From positions 49,165 to 113,164 of IMG/VR virus record IMGVR_UViG_3300043436_001870: a stretch of DNA of 64,000 nucleotides; one strand, written 5' to 3'. Every line of letters begins with the position of its first letter. The first letter of the stretch is position 1. The stretch comes from a virus. This document shows, in pieces, positions 49,663-59,292 of this stretch. Under the pieces are notes generated by a model. It had not been told where the DNA came from, ran no database searches, and saw only the letters and a list, made by a program, of their open reading frames with translations. Position numbers and translations under genes: made by a program.

Positions 49663-50538
49663 TTAGATTAACGATCCAGTTCCAGAAACATTCTGAGGTA
49701 TTCCACAGGCCACTGTTGGTGTAACAGGACATTCAATAGCTAATTCTGGTGTTGGTGGTGGTATACATTCACCAGGAGGATTGATTCTGCTGTAATCAGA
49801 CAGTTCTTTTTCAATCCATAACTTATCAAAGTCAACTCCATCACAACAGTTACCCATACCATTTTTAATGGTATTAAATAGTTTGTAATAGTTATTAGCA
49901 AACTTTGTATTAGTTCTGATCTCACATTCTGAATCAGTAATGTGATAATATTTCTTTACAGGCTTCTGAATTGTTCTTACAAATACTTCAGGCTCATCAG
50001 GTAAACAACATGAGCAGTCTTTATGTGCATCTGTTACTGTGTAATAATTACAAGGGCATCCTGTATCTTCTGTATATGGTCCAAGAACTGTATAACAGTT
50101 ATCAGGATACTCAGCAATATTTACAACTGAACCTACATACAATGCAAGATCGGATGATGTTACAAGAGCAGTAGAAGCACTTTGTATTAAATCAGCAGGA
50201 GCATCAACTATAATACCTGTTGCTTTACAGTTCAATAGAACATAAGCTGTATTTACTGGACAAATCTCGGAACCTGTTGATGTAACATAGGTAAGATCAA
50301 TACTAACTGCATTTGAAAAACAGGTTTCACATGCTGATCCAGGAATTACTTCAAAACTAGAACATAGTGAATTTACTGTGTAGTAAATATCAGGAAAGTT
50401 CTCTGGATCAGTTACTTGAACAACATTATCTAACTCAGCTTGAAAATAAAGATCTACATCAGAGCCAGTAATGGTAGTTATATAAACAGAAGTATCTGTT
50501 TGACAACTGGTAAGTGTTATGCAGGTATATGATATCAT
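49663..50538 (-). CDS. Cys-rich structural protein (291 aa)
   Basis: Contains the Y.L.NC...DL..Y.G.VV.I..YP..C.TV module also repeated in the 1246-aa protein; C-terminal GMGNCC. Confidence 0.65.
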   Translation of the reverse strand: MISYTCITLTSCQTDTSVYITTITGSDVDLYFQAELDNVVQVTDPENFPDIYYTVNSLCSSFEVIPGSACETCFSNAVSIDLTYVTSTGSEICPVNTAYVLLNCKATGIIVDAPADLIQSASTALVTSSDLALYVGSVVNIAEYPDNCYTVLGPYTEDTGCPCNYYTVTDAHKDCSCCLPDEPEVFVRTIQKPVKKYYHITDSECEIRTNTKFANNYYKLFNTIKNGMGNCCDGVDFDKLWIEKELSDYSRINPPGECIPPPTPELAIECPVTPTVACGIPQNVSGTGSLI

Positions 50539-53500
50539 TATTTACAATTTTTAGTAATACAACATTCACAATCAGGGAATACATTATCCACAACAATATC
50601 ATAGATTAAATCACTGCAGCTTTCGGTTTTAATTAAGGATGCACAAAATGGTTGACAACTATTATATTCAATTGTTCCACTAAGACTAGTCTGTTTACCT
50701 GGTGGAAAAATGCTTGTATTTTTTGTTACTCCATTATCAGTGCTATAGTAAGCTGTAGCACTTCTACCAACCATTGCTGCTTTTTGTTGATATGAAAATA
50801 TACTTGATGTACTTGCTGTTGTTCCTGTTATTGTTGATTGAAGAGTCCAGGTTGCCCCACTATTAGTTGTTCTATATATTCCACCGACTTCTCCAGAAGA
50901 TGCCGGATAATAAACAACATCTGCAATATTTGTACTACTTAATGAATTACCGCTACCTATAACATTTTCAGTAATGGTAAGAGTTTGTGTAAATGTAGCA
51001 CCAAAATCTGCTGATTGATATATGCCGGTTCTTGTAATAGCAATAATAACATTAAGACCTAGTGTTACAATATCTTGTACAGGATTACCAGCAGATATTG
51101 GGTTATCACTATTACAAGCAGTCCAAGTAAGACCTAAGTCTATTGACTTAAATATCTTATCTTCAACACTAACATAGATAGTTGTTAGATCCCAAGAAGC
51201 AATAGCATAGGCTTCTGGAGAAGGTCCCCATGTAGGATATAATGTTGCAGGAGAATCTGGTAAATCAGAAAAAGTAGTTCCTCCATCTGTTGAAACAGCA
51301 AAAGTGTCTCCAACAGCTATAATTAAATCTGTGGGTAGAATTTCATTGTACAAAAGAATATCATTAAATTCTCCTCCTGTGGTATAAGAACCTCCTACAG
51401 CAGTCCATGAAAATCCATGATCTGTAGTATGATATATTCCTATAGTTCCAGCTGCAAAAACAGAACCTATTATCTGTCTATCAGCTTTTATAACAGATGC
51501 TGTTGATGTTGACACAGGTAATCCATCAAAATATAAATCATAGGTAGCACCAAAATCTGTAGATACATACACAGCCTGGAAACCACCTGATACTAGACTT
51601 CCATCCTGAAGAGCATATATATATATTATTTCCTGTAGCACAGGTAACCAGTAAGATGTATATGGGCAAGAACTATTAATAGGAGAATAAAACAACATAG
51701 TAGATGTTGTTACATTATAAAACTCCCATTGTGCTGGATCATTATTCCATACAATTGAATAATCATTTCCACTTGCCGTAAACAAATATTGGTATCTACC
51801 ATTTATTAAAACACTAGAGGCAGTTACATCAATTGTTTCTTCAGTACCAGCTTCAATATCAAAAATACCTGTTACACGTAAACATTTGCAGGTTGGTTCA
51901 GTAACTGTAAAGCAAAGACCAGGATAACCCTGGATACTGATAGTCTTCCCTATAAGATTTAAGAGATCTGAATCAGTAAGTATAAAACTCTGGTCATTGA
52001 AACAGTTGTTCAACTGATACAATGGAGGATTACAAATAGCACATGATTGGAACTCTGAAGCTATTGTAACTGCTTCTGGAGTAAACTCAGTTTTAGTATT
52101 TGGTCCCACCTGCCAGCATTCACCAGGATATTCTGATACCTGAACAGTCTTTGCAAGATCTGCCTCTAAGTCTTGAGTAGTATAAATAACCACATCAGTG
52201 TCCTTACAATTGTACAGAGCATATGATGGATCACATAAATAACATTCATCAAAAGATTCAGTTACAGTAATTACTGTGCTTATAGGGCATATGTCGTCAA
52301 GCTTGGTAACTGTCCAACAAACATCTGAACCTTGAATCTTAACAACCTTTCCAATATACTCTGAAAGGTCTACCTGAGTAATAATGTCCTGAGCTGAGCC
52401 TTTACAATCAGCTAATTCATAACAACATGGTACAACAGTTAATGATTCTAAACAATTACATCTTGCAATTAAACGTGTAGGATCATCTGGATCAGTAGCA
52501 TATGTTAATGTACAGCCAGGAGGACATGCTGGTGGTGCATAAGCACCTCCACATACAGAATCTGATACAGCACCGGCAATTGCTGATGCTCCTGAAAAAC
52601 TAGCTTCAAACCAAAGAGGTGTACCATTCTCAACTGTAACAACAGGTGTTGCTATATTTATGAATGTACTGTAAATACTAGACACTTCAGTAGATTCGCC
52701 CAAACCTACCATGATATGTTTTATACCATCTGTTTTTAATACATCACATAAGTTAATATAACCTGAAAGTGAACTATATGATACAGCACTATATATACAT
52801 GGACCAGAACAACCTGTTCCATCAGTTATTGTAATAATAACCTTGGCAGCAAGAGGTCTTGCAGTAGCACCAGAAAATAATTCATTCTGTGCTGCACAAA
52901 TAGCATCAACATGGTCAGTTCCTCCTCCTATGCTAGATGAACATAAACCTGAAGAAGGATTAGTTTTAGGCTGATTTATACCTGTTGTAATATCAGCAAT
53001 ATTTGTAGTAAGTTCTTGTGACACACATGCAGAAGTAGCCCACTGAACAATCCCAACCTGAATATCTCCAGAGGTAATTTGTGCTGATAAACTGTTTACT
53101 ATATCCTCAGCAAGAAGCTTCATTTGAGTCCACTCAGGATAAGCAGTACTATTTTGTACAGAAGATGAGTTATCTATTGTAATAATTAAATCTACCTCAC
53201 AAGATCCTCCTAAAAGAGATTCACAATTTCCTGTTACAGGATTATATGTAAAACCTTCACCACATAATGACAAACCTTCAATCTCTTGCTCACAGTTACC
53301 TGTTACTGGATTAAAGTCATATTTACTTCTACATTCTCCACATAGAAAATCAACACCAGTAATTGCAGTTATTTTAGCTGCAACAAAAGGATTAGTTAAT
53401 GTTACACCACCATCTGTTGATGCATATAATGTTGTATTATTACCAACAATAATGCTATTGAGGGTAAAGTCAAAAATATCTACATTATCCGTTCCAGTTG

Positions 53501-54278
53501 AGGCACCATTAACTAATGCCCATGTACTACCAGAGTTTGTAGATTTATAAATACCTAGATCACATATAAGATATACAACACCAGTACTTACAGTTGAACT
53601 ACTAAATCTAAAATCTGCAGTTGTTGAACCACCAAGTGCTCCTGGTGTTCCAAGTAGAGTAAATGTATTACCTGAGTCTGTTGACTGATAAACACCAGCT
53701 CCACATACAACAGATATTGTTCCACCTAATCCATCAGAGACAATACCTGTTATTTTGTAACCAGCAACAATAGGAACATCATTATTAAGAACTTCCCATG
53801 TATTACCAAAGTCTGTTGTTTTGTATACCTTATCTTCAATTGCAACAAAACCACTAGTTCCAGCAGGAAAGTATGCAGCTCTTGCAATAGAACCAGGTAC
53901 ACCATATAATGTAGAAGCTGTTACTGGTAATGCAATAAAGTTTTGACCACCATCAATTGATTTGAATAGTTGATCTCCAATAGCAAGAACATTAAAACTA
54001 TCAATGTAGTAAACAGAATGCCACTGATGGCCTGTAGTATTACCAGTAAGTGTATAAGACTCACCACCATCTACTGATCTGTATATACCGTGCACTTGGT
54101 TAGTAACAAGACTCTTGTAAGGATCATGAGTATCTGTAGCTATCCATACACTTGTAGCTCCTATGGTAAAGGGGCTTGTAGGAAGACCGGCAGCTGTTGC
54201 CAGACTCCAGTTTACACCAAGATCATCTGATACATAGACCTTATTAAACCCTGCTATCGCATATGTTCTTGTTGCCAT
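50538..54278 (-). CDS. Putative receptor-binding/fibre protein (1246 aa): two BNR/Asp-box beta-propellers, VWA domain, Cys-rich repeats
   Basis: Multiple S/T-x-D/N-x-G-x-T/S-W/F boxes at both ends; DLIITIDNSSSV (MIDAS DxSxS) with IITITDG; tandem NPVTGNCE; three Cys modules at about 51890-52430. Confidence 0.8.
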   Translation of the reverse strand: MATRTYAIAGFNKVYVSDDLGVNWSLATAAGLPTSPFTIGATSVWIATDTHDPYKSLVTNQVHGIYRSVDGGESYTLTGNTTGHQWHSVYYIDSFNVLAIGDQLFKSIDGGQNFIALPVTASTLYGVPGSIARAAYFPAGTSGFVAIEDKVYKTTDFGNTWEVLNNDVPIVAGYKITGIVSDGLGGTISVVCGAGVYQSTDSGNTFTLLGTPGALGGSTTADFRFSSSTVSTGVVYLICDLGIYKSTNSGSTWALVNGASTGTDNVDIFDFTLNSIIVGNNTTLYASTDGGVTLTNPFVAAKITAITGVDFLCGECRSKYDFNPVTGNCEQEIEGLSLCGEGFTYNPVTGNCESLLGGSCEVDLIITIDNSSSVQNSTAYPEWTQMKLLAEDIVNSLSAQITSGDIQVGIVQWATSACVSQELTTNIADITTGINQPKTNPSSGLCSSSIGGGTDHVDAICAAQNELFSGATARPLAAKVIITITDGTGCSGPCIYSAVSYSSLSGYINLCDVLKTDGIKHIMVGLGESTEVSSIYSTFINIATPVVTVENGTPLWFEASFSGASAIAGAVSDSVCGGAYAPPACPPGCTLTYATDPDDPTRLIARCNCLESLTVVPCCYELADCKGSAQDIITQVDLSEYIGKVVKIQGSDVCWTVTKLDDICPISTVITVTESFDECYLCDPSYALYNCKDTDVVIYTTQDLEADLAKTVQVSEYPGECWQVGPNTKTEFTPEAVTIASEFQSCAICNPPLYQLNNCFNDQSFILTDSDLLNLIGKTISIQGYPGLCFTVTEPTCKCLRVTGIFDIEAGTEETIDVTASSVLINGRYQYLFTASGNDYSIVWNNDPAQWEFYNVTTSTMLFYSPINSSCPYTSYWLPVLQEIIYIYALQDGSLVSGGFQAVYVSTDFGATYDLYFDGLPVSTSTASVIKADRQIIGSVFAAGTIGIYHTTDHGFSWTAVGGSYTTGGEFNDILLYNEILPTDLIIAVGDTFAVSTDGGTTFSDLPDSPATLYPTWGPSPEAYAIASWDLTTIYVSVEDKIFKSIDLGLTWTACNSDNPISAGNPVQDIVTLGLNVIIAITRTGIYQSADFGATFTQTLTITENVIGSGNSLSSTNIADVVYYPASSGEVGGIYRTTNSGATWTLQSTITGTTASTSSIFSYQQKAAMVGRSATAYYSTDNGVTKNTSIFPPGKQTSLSGTIEYNSCQPFCASLIKTESCSDLIYDIVVDNVFPDCECCITKNCK

Positions 54279-54281
54279 CTA

Positions 54282-54443
54282 TTACTTAGTTACATTAACT
54301 GAATTTACAGTTGGTGCTGTATCACTTTTTTTATCTGCTACAGGTTTTGTTGCACATTTTGAACAACCTTGTTTACCATTAGGTAAGATTCTTTTTTGAC
54401 ATCCGCATGTCATTGTTGCTCCACAATTTGCACATTTTGCCAT
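54282..54443 (-). CDS. Small Cys-rich protein (53 aa, CxxC-CxC-CxxC)
   Basis: MAKCANCGATMTCGCQKRILPNGKQGCSKCATKPVADKKSDTAPTVNSVNVTK*. Fills the gap between two genes; not in the ORF track. Confidence 0.8.
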   Translation of the reverse strand: MAKCANCGATMTCGCQKRILPNGKQGCSKCATKPVADKKSDTAPTVNSVNVTK

Positions 54444-54464
54444 ATTTATGTTGGTTTTAAATTA

Positions 54465-55022
54465 TTAGCAATCTCCACAACCACAACCGCATGAAAGTTT
54501 GGTTACTCTTTTATCTACATAATTGTAGATCTCCATTCCTTTTGCTGGTTTATGGCAGTACTCTACTGTAGCCTTAGCTGCTTTCAACATAGTTTGTAGC
54601 AACTGTAGTTCCCTTAGTTTTTCTTTTAAAGGAGTTTGTGGCTCACAGCCTTGTACATCAAGGCAGCAGAGTAAGTTATTTATCTTATTCAACACCTTTG
54701 TAACCCTCAAGTGGTTATACTCTACGTATACTGTGTCATTTGGACTAACACTATACCGTACAATATAAACACCATCTGCAAAGTCATTGTATGTATTACC
54801 ACAATTAGTAGTCTGAAGCCCCAGTTCACAGGCACTTATGTTCTCAAGAAACCCAGGCTGAAGATCAGTTACCTCATAAGCTGTGGTAAATCCAGGAGGA
54901 GTAATCTCAATCTTGAGACATTCTACCGGTGCTACATCACTGTAAATACTGGCATCTACCACACGGAATATACATGTAGTAAGAGTATCTGGGATGTCTA
55001 ATGCTAATTGATGTTTTTCCAT
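54465..55022 (-). CDS. Conserved structural protein (185 aa), probable tail hub/fibre adaptor
   Basis: Ig-like N-terminal part (LKIEITPPGF...DGVYIVRYSVSP) and helical Cys-bearing C-terminus; first gene of the fibre block. Confidence 0.6.
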   Translation of the reverse strand: MEKHQLALDIPDTLTTCIFRVVDASIYSDVAPVECLKIEITPPGFTTAYEVTDLQPGFLENISACELGLQTTNCGNTYNDFADGVYIVRYSVSPNDTVYVEYNHLRVTKVLNKINNLLCCLDVQGCEPQTPLKEKLRELQLLQTMLKAAKATVEYCHKPAKGMEIYNYVDKRVTKLSCGCGCGDC

Positions 55023-55034
55023 TATGTTACAAAA

Positions 55035-55077
55035 ATAAAAAAGGAGAGGAGAGTTTGAAGCTCCCTCTCCTTTTTAT
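55035..55077 (-). terminator. Intrinsic terminator after the 439-aa gene
   Basis: AAGGAGAGG...CCTCTCCTT stem flanked by A/T tracts on both sides. Confidence 0.85.
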
Positions 55078-55095
55078 TATTCAAACTTTTTTTAC

Positions 55096-56415
55096 TTAGT
55101 CATTTGATGGCTCAACTGGAGTGCACTCCTCATAGCAACCAAAGGTCTGAAGACCATTGCAAGATGAGTTTGCATTAGCCAACCAAGCTGCCATGAATGC
55201 TTCAAAAGCTGCATCTGTACCATTTGTAACAATCTGTAACAAGTACTGATCATTATCAAATGTTCCTGTTGGGTTATTCAAACGTGGTACACTGTGCTGA
55301 ATAAAGTAGTTTGTATACTGTGAGTTCTTATCAATTGCATTGAATACATCAGTACCATTGGTAATCTCACGGATACGAAGATCCATTCCAGTATAGAAAG
55401 GTTGTTGTGCATATCCTTCAGTAAGGATTAAGCTACGAAGAGCACTTTCTCCAAATCCTGTTCCTTGAACTGGAAGACATTGGTTATATACACACAAACC
55501 AGAGAATTGGCATGGATCACCATTTAAGTCTACCTCAGAAGCATAGATCTTTACTGGCTCAATGTAAGCAATGATAGAATCATTTGGATAGAATGTACAA
55601 GTTCCAAAACGAGTATCTACATATGCACCATTGATGATCAAACCAGCAAGAGTTGTTGCATCACCAGGAAGAGTTGATGGATCTAATGTGTAACCTAACA
55701 ACAAGTTAAGGTTAGTAGTAGATGATGTTCCATCACCAATATTTATCCAAGTTGTACCACCATCAGTTGAATAAGTGATTTGAACTTGAATGAATGGATT
55801 GATCAAAGGACTGTTCAACAAATTGTAAGCCCATTGAGTGTAAACAACCAAAGGATTAACTGCTGAAGGTGCCAAAGCATCTGCAGCACAGCAACCTGTA
55901 TAAGCAGCTGCATCATAGTATGTGTTACGGCTCAAAGTACGAAGTACTGGAGAACCTTTAATATCTACACGTAGGTAGTAAGTCTCATCACACAAGAACT
56001 CTTTTGTACAAGTTGGTTGATCCCAAAGGTCTACAGCAGGATCAGATCCTGGCACTTGTCCATTAGCTGCACCAACAGTAACCTGAGCTTGTTGTGGAGA
56101 ACATGGATCCACACGATAGAAATTAGTAATATACTTAGGATTGATAATCTTTGACTTTACAGTCTCAGAATATCCACCATGGAATGGACCAATTTTATCA
56201 TTTGGGTGAATTGAGCTTGATACAAGCATCAATGGGCATGCAACAATTGTTGCTGGAACCAAATCAGGAACTTCCCAAGTGTTGGGATTTACAAAGGTAA
56301 ATCTAAAGTTTGTACCAATGTCGTCATTAATACCGGCCAAGTATGGACCGGGAGTTGTATAGAAGCCAGTCGTACCAACGAAGGCCTTCTGAAAAGCATG
56401 GTTAAAATAAGCCAT
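55096..56415 (-). CDS. Abundant structural protein (439 aa), probable auxiliary capsid protein
   Basis: Codon usage resembles the MCP gene; has its own leader and terminator; beta-rich sequence. Confidence 0.55.
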   Translation of the reverse strand: MAYFNHAFQKAFVGTTGFYTTPGPYLAGINDDIGTNFRFTFVNPNTWEVPDLVPATIVACPLMLVSSSIHPNDKIGPFHGGYSETVKSKIINPKYITNFYRVDPCSPQQAQVTVGAANGQVPGSDPAVDLWDQPTCTKEFLCDETYYLRVDIKGSPVLRTLSRNTYYDAAAYTGCCAADALAPSAVNPLVVYTQWAYNLLNSPLINPFIQVQITYSTDGGTTWINIGDGTSSTTNLNLLLGYTLDPSTLPGDATTLAGLIINGAYVDTRFGTCTFYPNDSIIAYIEPVKIYASEVDLNGDPCQFSGLCVYNQCLPVQGTGFGESALRSLILTEGYAQQPFYTGMDLRIREITNGTDVFNAIDKNSQYTNYFIQHSVPRLNNPTGTFDNDQYLLQIVTNGTDAAFEAFMAAWLANANSSCNGLQTFGCYEECTPVEPSND

Positions 56416-56463
56416 TTTTGATAAAAATTAAAAAGGTTACAAATAAATATATAATCAATATAA

Positions 56464-56483
56464 GGAAAGCATTTCTACTTTCC
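56464..56483 (-). terminator. Hairpin after ferritin (terminator or stability element)
   Basis: Minus strand GGAAAGTA-GAAA-TGCTTTCC followed by TTATATT; GNRA loop. Confidence 0.6.
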
Positions 56484-56490
56484 AAATGTT

Positions 56491-57096
56491 TTACAAATAA
56501 TCTTTCATTTCATGATCAAGAAGACGCATTGCAATCTTATCAGTACCAAATGAATTTAACTGATCCACCCAGTTCTGCATCTTTGAATGCTCCTCAACTT
56601 GTTCTTTTAGGAACTTCAATGCTAGTTCATAGAGCATATGATCTGCTTTTTTCATAGCATCAGATGCTAAATCTTTGATCTGTGTTGTTATCAGAATCTC
56701 ATGGTCATATGATTCTTTAATAATTTCAGGAAGTCCTGAGAAATCCTGCTTAGGAGAATCAAGTCTTGGTGTAATAGGTTGTACACCCATAGACAACAAA
56801 TATGTACGTGACCAATCTGAGTGTGCCAACTCCTCATTACTATAGTTACGCCATAGTTTTGAAGCATTTACATATCCTTGATTATCTAACCACATTGACA
56901 TGGCTAAATATACTCTTGATGAATACTCCTCTTGTTGAATACGGTAATTTAGATATGTAACACATTCATCAGATAAGAGTATGTTCTTACCTTTTGTGCT
57001 AGGTGCTGGACCCATATCATATTTAGATTTCTCTGCTGAACCAGCTGATGTTGTTGCTGATCTAGAAAGCAAAGTTCTTGACGGTGCTTCTGCCAT
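56491..57096 (-). CDS. Ferritin (FtnA-like) with N-terminal extension
   Basis: LN.RIQQEEYSSRVYLAMSMWL, EELAH, HEILIT.QI, FLKEQVEEH: ferroxidase-centre residues of non-haem ferritin. Confidence 0.9.
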   Translation of the reverse strand: MAEAPSRTLLSRSATTSAGSAEKSKYDMGPAPSTKGKNILLSDECVTYLNYRIQQEEYSSRVYLAMSMWLDNQGYVNASKLWRNYSNEELAHSDWSRTYLLSMGVQPITPRLDSPKQDFSGLPEIIKESYDHEILITTQIKDLASDAMKKADHMLYELALKFLKEQVEEHSKMQNWVDQLNSFGTDKIAMRLLDHEMKDYL

Positions 57097-57100
57097 TATT

Positions 57101-57808
57101 TTATGTATTTACTTGAGATGAATTACTTGCAATACTGTACTGGTTCATAGACTCAATGTCTCCAGCAAGTATCTGTACTGTGTTATCAATAAGAACCTCA
57201 ACAATGTTATCCTGAAACTCACATTCAACATCAGCAACTGATGTCTGAAGAGTATAAGGGTCAACACAGTCTTCAATCTGAATCTTAATTGGCTCTCTAT
57301 AGTACATAAGAGAAGCACCTACAACATCAAACTCATTGTTGTTATAGATCCTTACCTTATCCCCTACAAGAGTGCAAAAGGTCTCTCCCCATTCAAAGCT
57401 TGGTTTCTTCAGATCATCTTGTAAGAGGATTGGAACATTCTGTTCTTCTGAGAGATATACTACGGCTATACCTGTTGGGTTCTCACAACAGTCTTTCTTA
57501 GCATTAGCATTCACACGTTTAAACTGAACATAGTCTCCTGGTAGTAATCCAGACTCCATATACAACTCTTTCTGAGTTAATGTAATTGGAATCTCTTTTA
57601 GAAGATTCTGCAGATCATCAATCTTTCTTGTAGTCTGCTCATCTCCCTGCTTTTCAGCATTCATACCAATCAACTGCCTACGGACCCATTGGATCTGTGC
57701 CTTATTAAAAGCCTCAATAATCTGCCAGCATTCTATGTTATCATAGTCATTACTAGCCAATTTATTTAGCCTCTGCTTGATCTTGAGTTGTAGGGTAGTA
57801 TTGTTCAT
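57101..57808 (-). CDS. Head-proximal ring / adaptor protein (235 aa)
   Basis: LNKLASNDYDN...FNKAQ..W, DDLQNLL, KPSFEW.ET, YYREP motifs typical of crAss-like ring protein 1. Confidence 0.7.
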   Translation of the reverse strand: MNNTTLQLKIKQRLNKLASNDYDNIECWQIIEAFNKAQIQWVRRQLIGMNAEKQGDEQTTRKIDDLQNLLKEIPITLTQKELYMESGLLPGDYVQFKRVNANAKKDCCENPTGIAVVYLSEEQNVPILLQDDLKKPSFEWGETFCTLVGDKVRIYNNNEFDVVGASLMYYREPIKIQIEDCVDPYTLQTSVADVECEFQDNIVEVLIDNTVQILAGDIESMNQYSIASNSSQVNT

Positions 57809-57999
57809 TATCCTTTACGTTTTATATTCTTCCACATTGCAGCAGCAGCAATCTTTTTACCTTTTTCTCCACCTCCTGTTTTTGCAGCAATCTTGTCAAA
57901 TATTTTTCCTTTTTTACCAATATCTTTACCAGCACTTGCTTTCTTGGCTACAGATGATTTTTGTTTTTCTGTAAGACCAGATGAGGGTTTCTTTGCCAT
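57808..57999 (-). CDS. Small basic protein (63 aa)
   Basis: K/A-rich (AGKDIGKKGK.FDKIA...IAAAAMWK); TAATG overlap with the next gene. Confidence 0.8.
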   Translation of the reverse strand: MAKKPSSGLTEKQKSSVAKKASAGKDIGKKGKIFDKIAAKTGGGEKGKKIAAAAMWKNIKRKG

Positions 58000-58016
58000 A
58001 GTATTACTAATTTATA

Positions 58017-58109
58017 TTAACACTTCCATTTTCTCAATGACTTATTAATCCTGCTATTAGGATCATTAGCAGTCTTACTAGAAGTAAGTTTCTTCTTCAT
58101 GCCAGACAT
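58017..58109 (-). pseudogene. Orphan 3' end (30 codons) of the gene at 58776-59021
   Basis: [30 protein letters not shown] is 22/30 identical to the last 30 aa of the 81-aa protein. Confidence 0.8.
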
Positions 58110-58372
58110 CATTTTTTCTTACCTCTTACAACACCACCATTTTTTTTGTATTTAGAAGCATTTTGCTCTGCTTTTTTTACAGCATCGTAGTAAACTTTAC
58201 CTGGATTATCTTTATACAACTGTTTAGCAATCTGTAACTTTTCTGCAGCATCTTTTTTGGCTTGTGCATATGGGTTGTATTTAGGCACATTTATTTTTAC
58301 TGCTGTTTTATCTGCAGCGGCAGGTTCAACCTGAATTCCTTTTTGTGCCTTTTTTAAAACTTTCTTTTTCAT
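58109..58372 (-). CDS. Small basic protein (87 aa)
   Basis: K-rich; LKKAQKG at the N-terminus and YKKNGG at the C-terminus; ATGA overlap with the endonuclease gene. Confidence 0.75.
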   Translation of the reverse strand: MKKKVLKKAQKGIQVEPAAADKTAVKINVPKYNPYAQAKKDAAEKLQIAKQLYKDNPGKVYYDAVKKAEQNASKYKKNGGVVRGKKK

Positions 58373-58868
58373 AGTAAATCTAACTTTAGATAATCTTCTG
58401 CCTCTCTTGTGTTATCAGTATAAGATAACAAATATATTCTAGCAAACTCTAAAAGTTCTGGATCATCTTTAAAATGTCCCAACCCTCTATTACAATGGTT
58501 ACAAAGCATCCCCCTGACCACATTGGTTTTATGACAATGATCAACTACCAGATTTTCCTTTGCTCCACATATTACGCACTCAGTTACAGTTTCAATAATA
58601 TCTTTTAAAAGTTCATCAGATATCATTTCTCTATATTGTCCTCTTCTGGTTTCACTTCTATAATTAGACCTACAGGATTTACACCAACTATCAAAACCAG
58701 ATTTAGTTTTATTATGCAAAGGGAAGTACTCAGCAGATAAAGGTTTATCTACTTTACATCTTGTACATTCCTTTGTTAGCACTTCCATTTTCTTAAAGCC
58801 TTATTTATTCTACTATTTGGGTCTCTTGCTGTTTCTGCAGAAGTATTTTTAGCTTTGTGACCTTTCAT
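58110..58868 (-). mobile_element. Putative free-standing homing-endonuclease cassette carrying a replacement 3' end of its target gene
   Basis: EndoVII-type nuclease plus an 87-aa gene lie between two diverged copies of the same 93-bp gene end. Confidence 0.55.
58369..58788 (-). CDS. Endonuclease VII-like (His-Me finger) nuclease
   Basis: CVICG...[27 protein letters not shown] plus N-terminal CxxC...CxxC zinc motif. Confidence 0.9.
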   Translation of the reverse strand: MEVLTKECTRCKVDKPLSAEYFPLHNKTKSGFDSWCKSCRSNYRSETRRGQYREMISDELLKDIIETVTECVICGAKENLVVDHCHKTNVVRGMLCNHCNRGLGHFKDDPELLEFARIYLLSYTDNTREAEDYLKLDLL

Positions 58869-59021
58869 TCTAGCACAGAATGATTTTTTTCTAGGACCAC
58901 CTTCAGGTTGTGGAGGTTTAATGTCATGACCAGCTGCCTTTAGAGAAGCACGACCTTTAGCATTAAGTCCACCTGATGGTGACTTACCTTCTTTTCTTTG
59001 CCAAGCTGGAGACTTTGCCAT
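58776..59021 (-). CDS. Small basic conserved phage protein (DUF6321-like, from memory)
   Basis: PAWQRKEGK...[10 protein letters not shown]...RKKSFCARM...[15 protein letters not shown]. Confidence 0.8.
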   Translation of the reverse strand: MAKSPAWQRKEGKSPSGGLNAKGRASLKAAGHDIKPPQPEGGPRKKSFCARMKGHKAKNTSAETARDPNSRINKALRKWKC

Positions 59022-59022
59022 A

Positions 59023-59292
59023 TTATCTATGTTTTTTGGTTTTCTCTTTTACTGACTTAGGTTGAGAAACAAATTGTTTATTCTTTCTGTTACCTTCAGC
59101 CTTAGCCTTATTAGTAGCTGCTTTTTCACCAGAACTTAGTGCATCCCAAGCAGCCTTAGGTAAGTATCTTCTCTTACCATTTGCTTTAACCTCTTTGCTT
59201 GATCCACGCTTCTTATTAGCATGGGTACCAGAAGTCATCCACTCTTGGTTAGTCCAGCTTTTAAGGGATTGTTGTGATTTAGCAAGTGGCAT
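59023..59292 (-). CDS. Small basic protein, C-terminal half of a DUF5872-like protein
   Basis: SQQSLKSWTNQEWMT...RYLPKAAWDALSSGEK. Confidence 0.75.
   Translation of the reverse strand: MPLAKSQQSLKSWTNQEWMTSGTHANKKRGSSKEVKANGKRRYLPKAAWDALSSGEKAATNKAKAEGNRKNKQFVSQPKSVKEKTKKHR

Noticed and set aside
58110-58868. Group I intron interrupting the 81-aa gene
   Set aside because: The intervening DNA is fully occupied by ORFs with no room for a ribozyme core, and the upstream gene is already complete.
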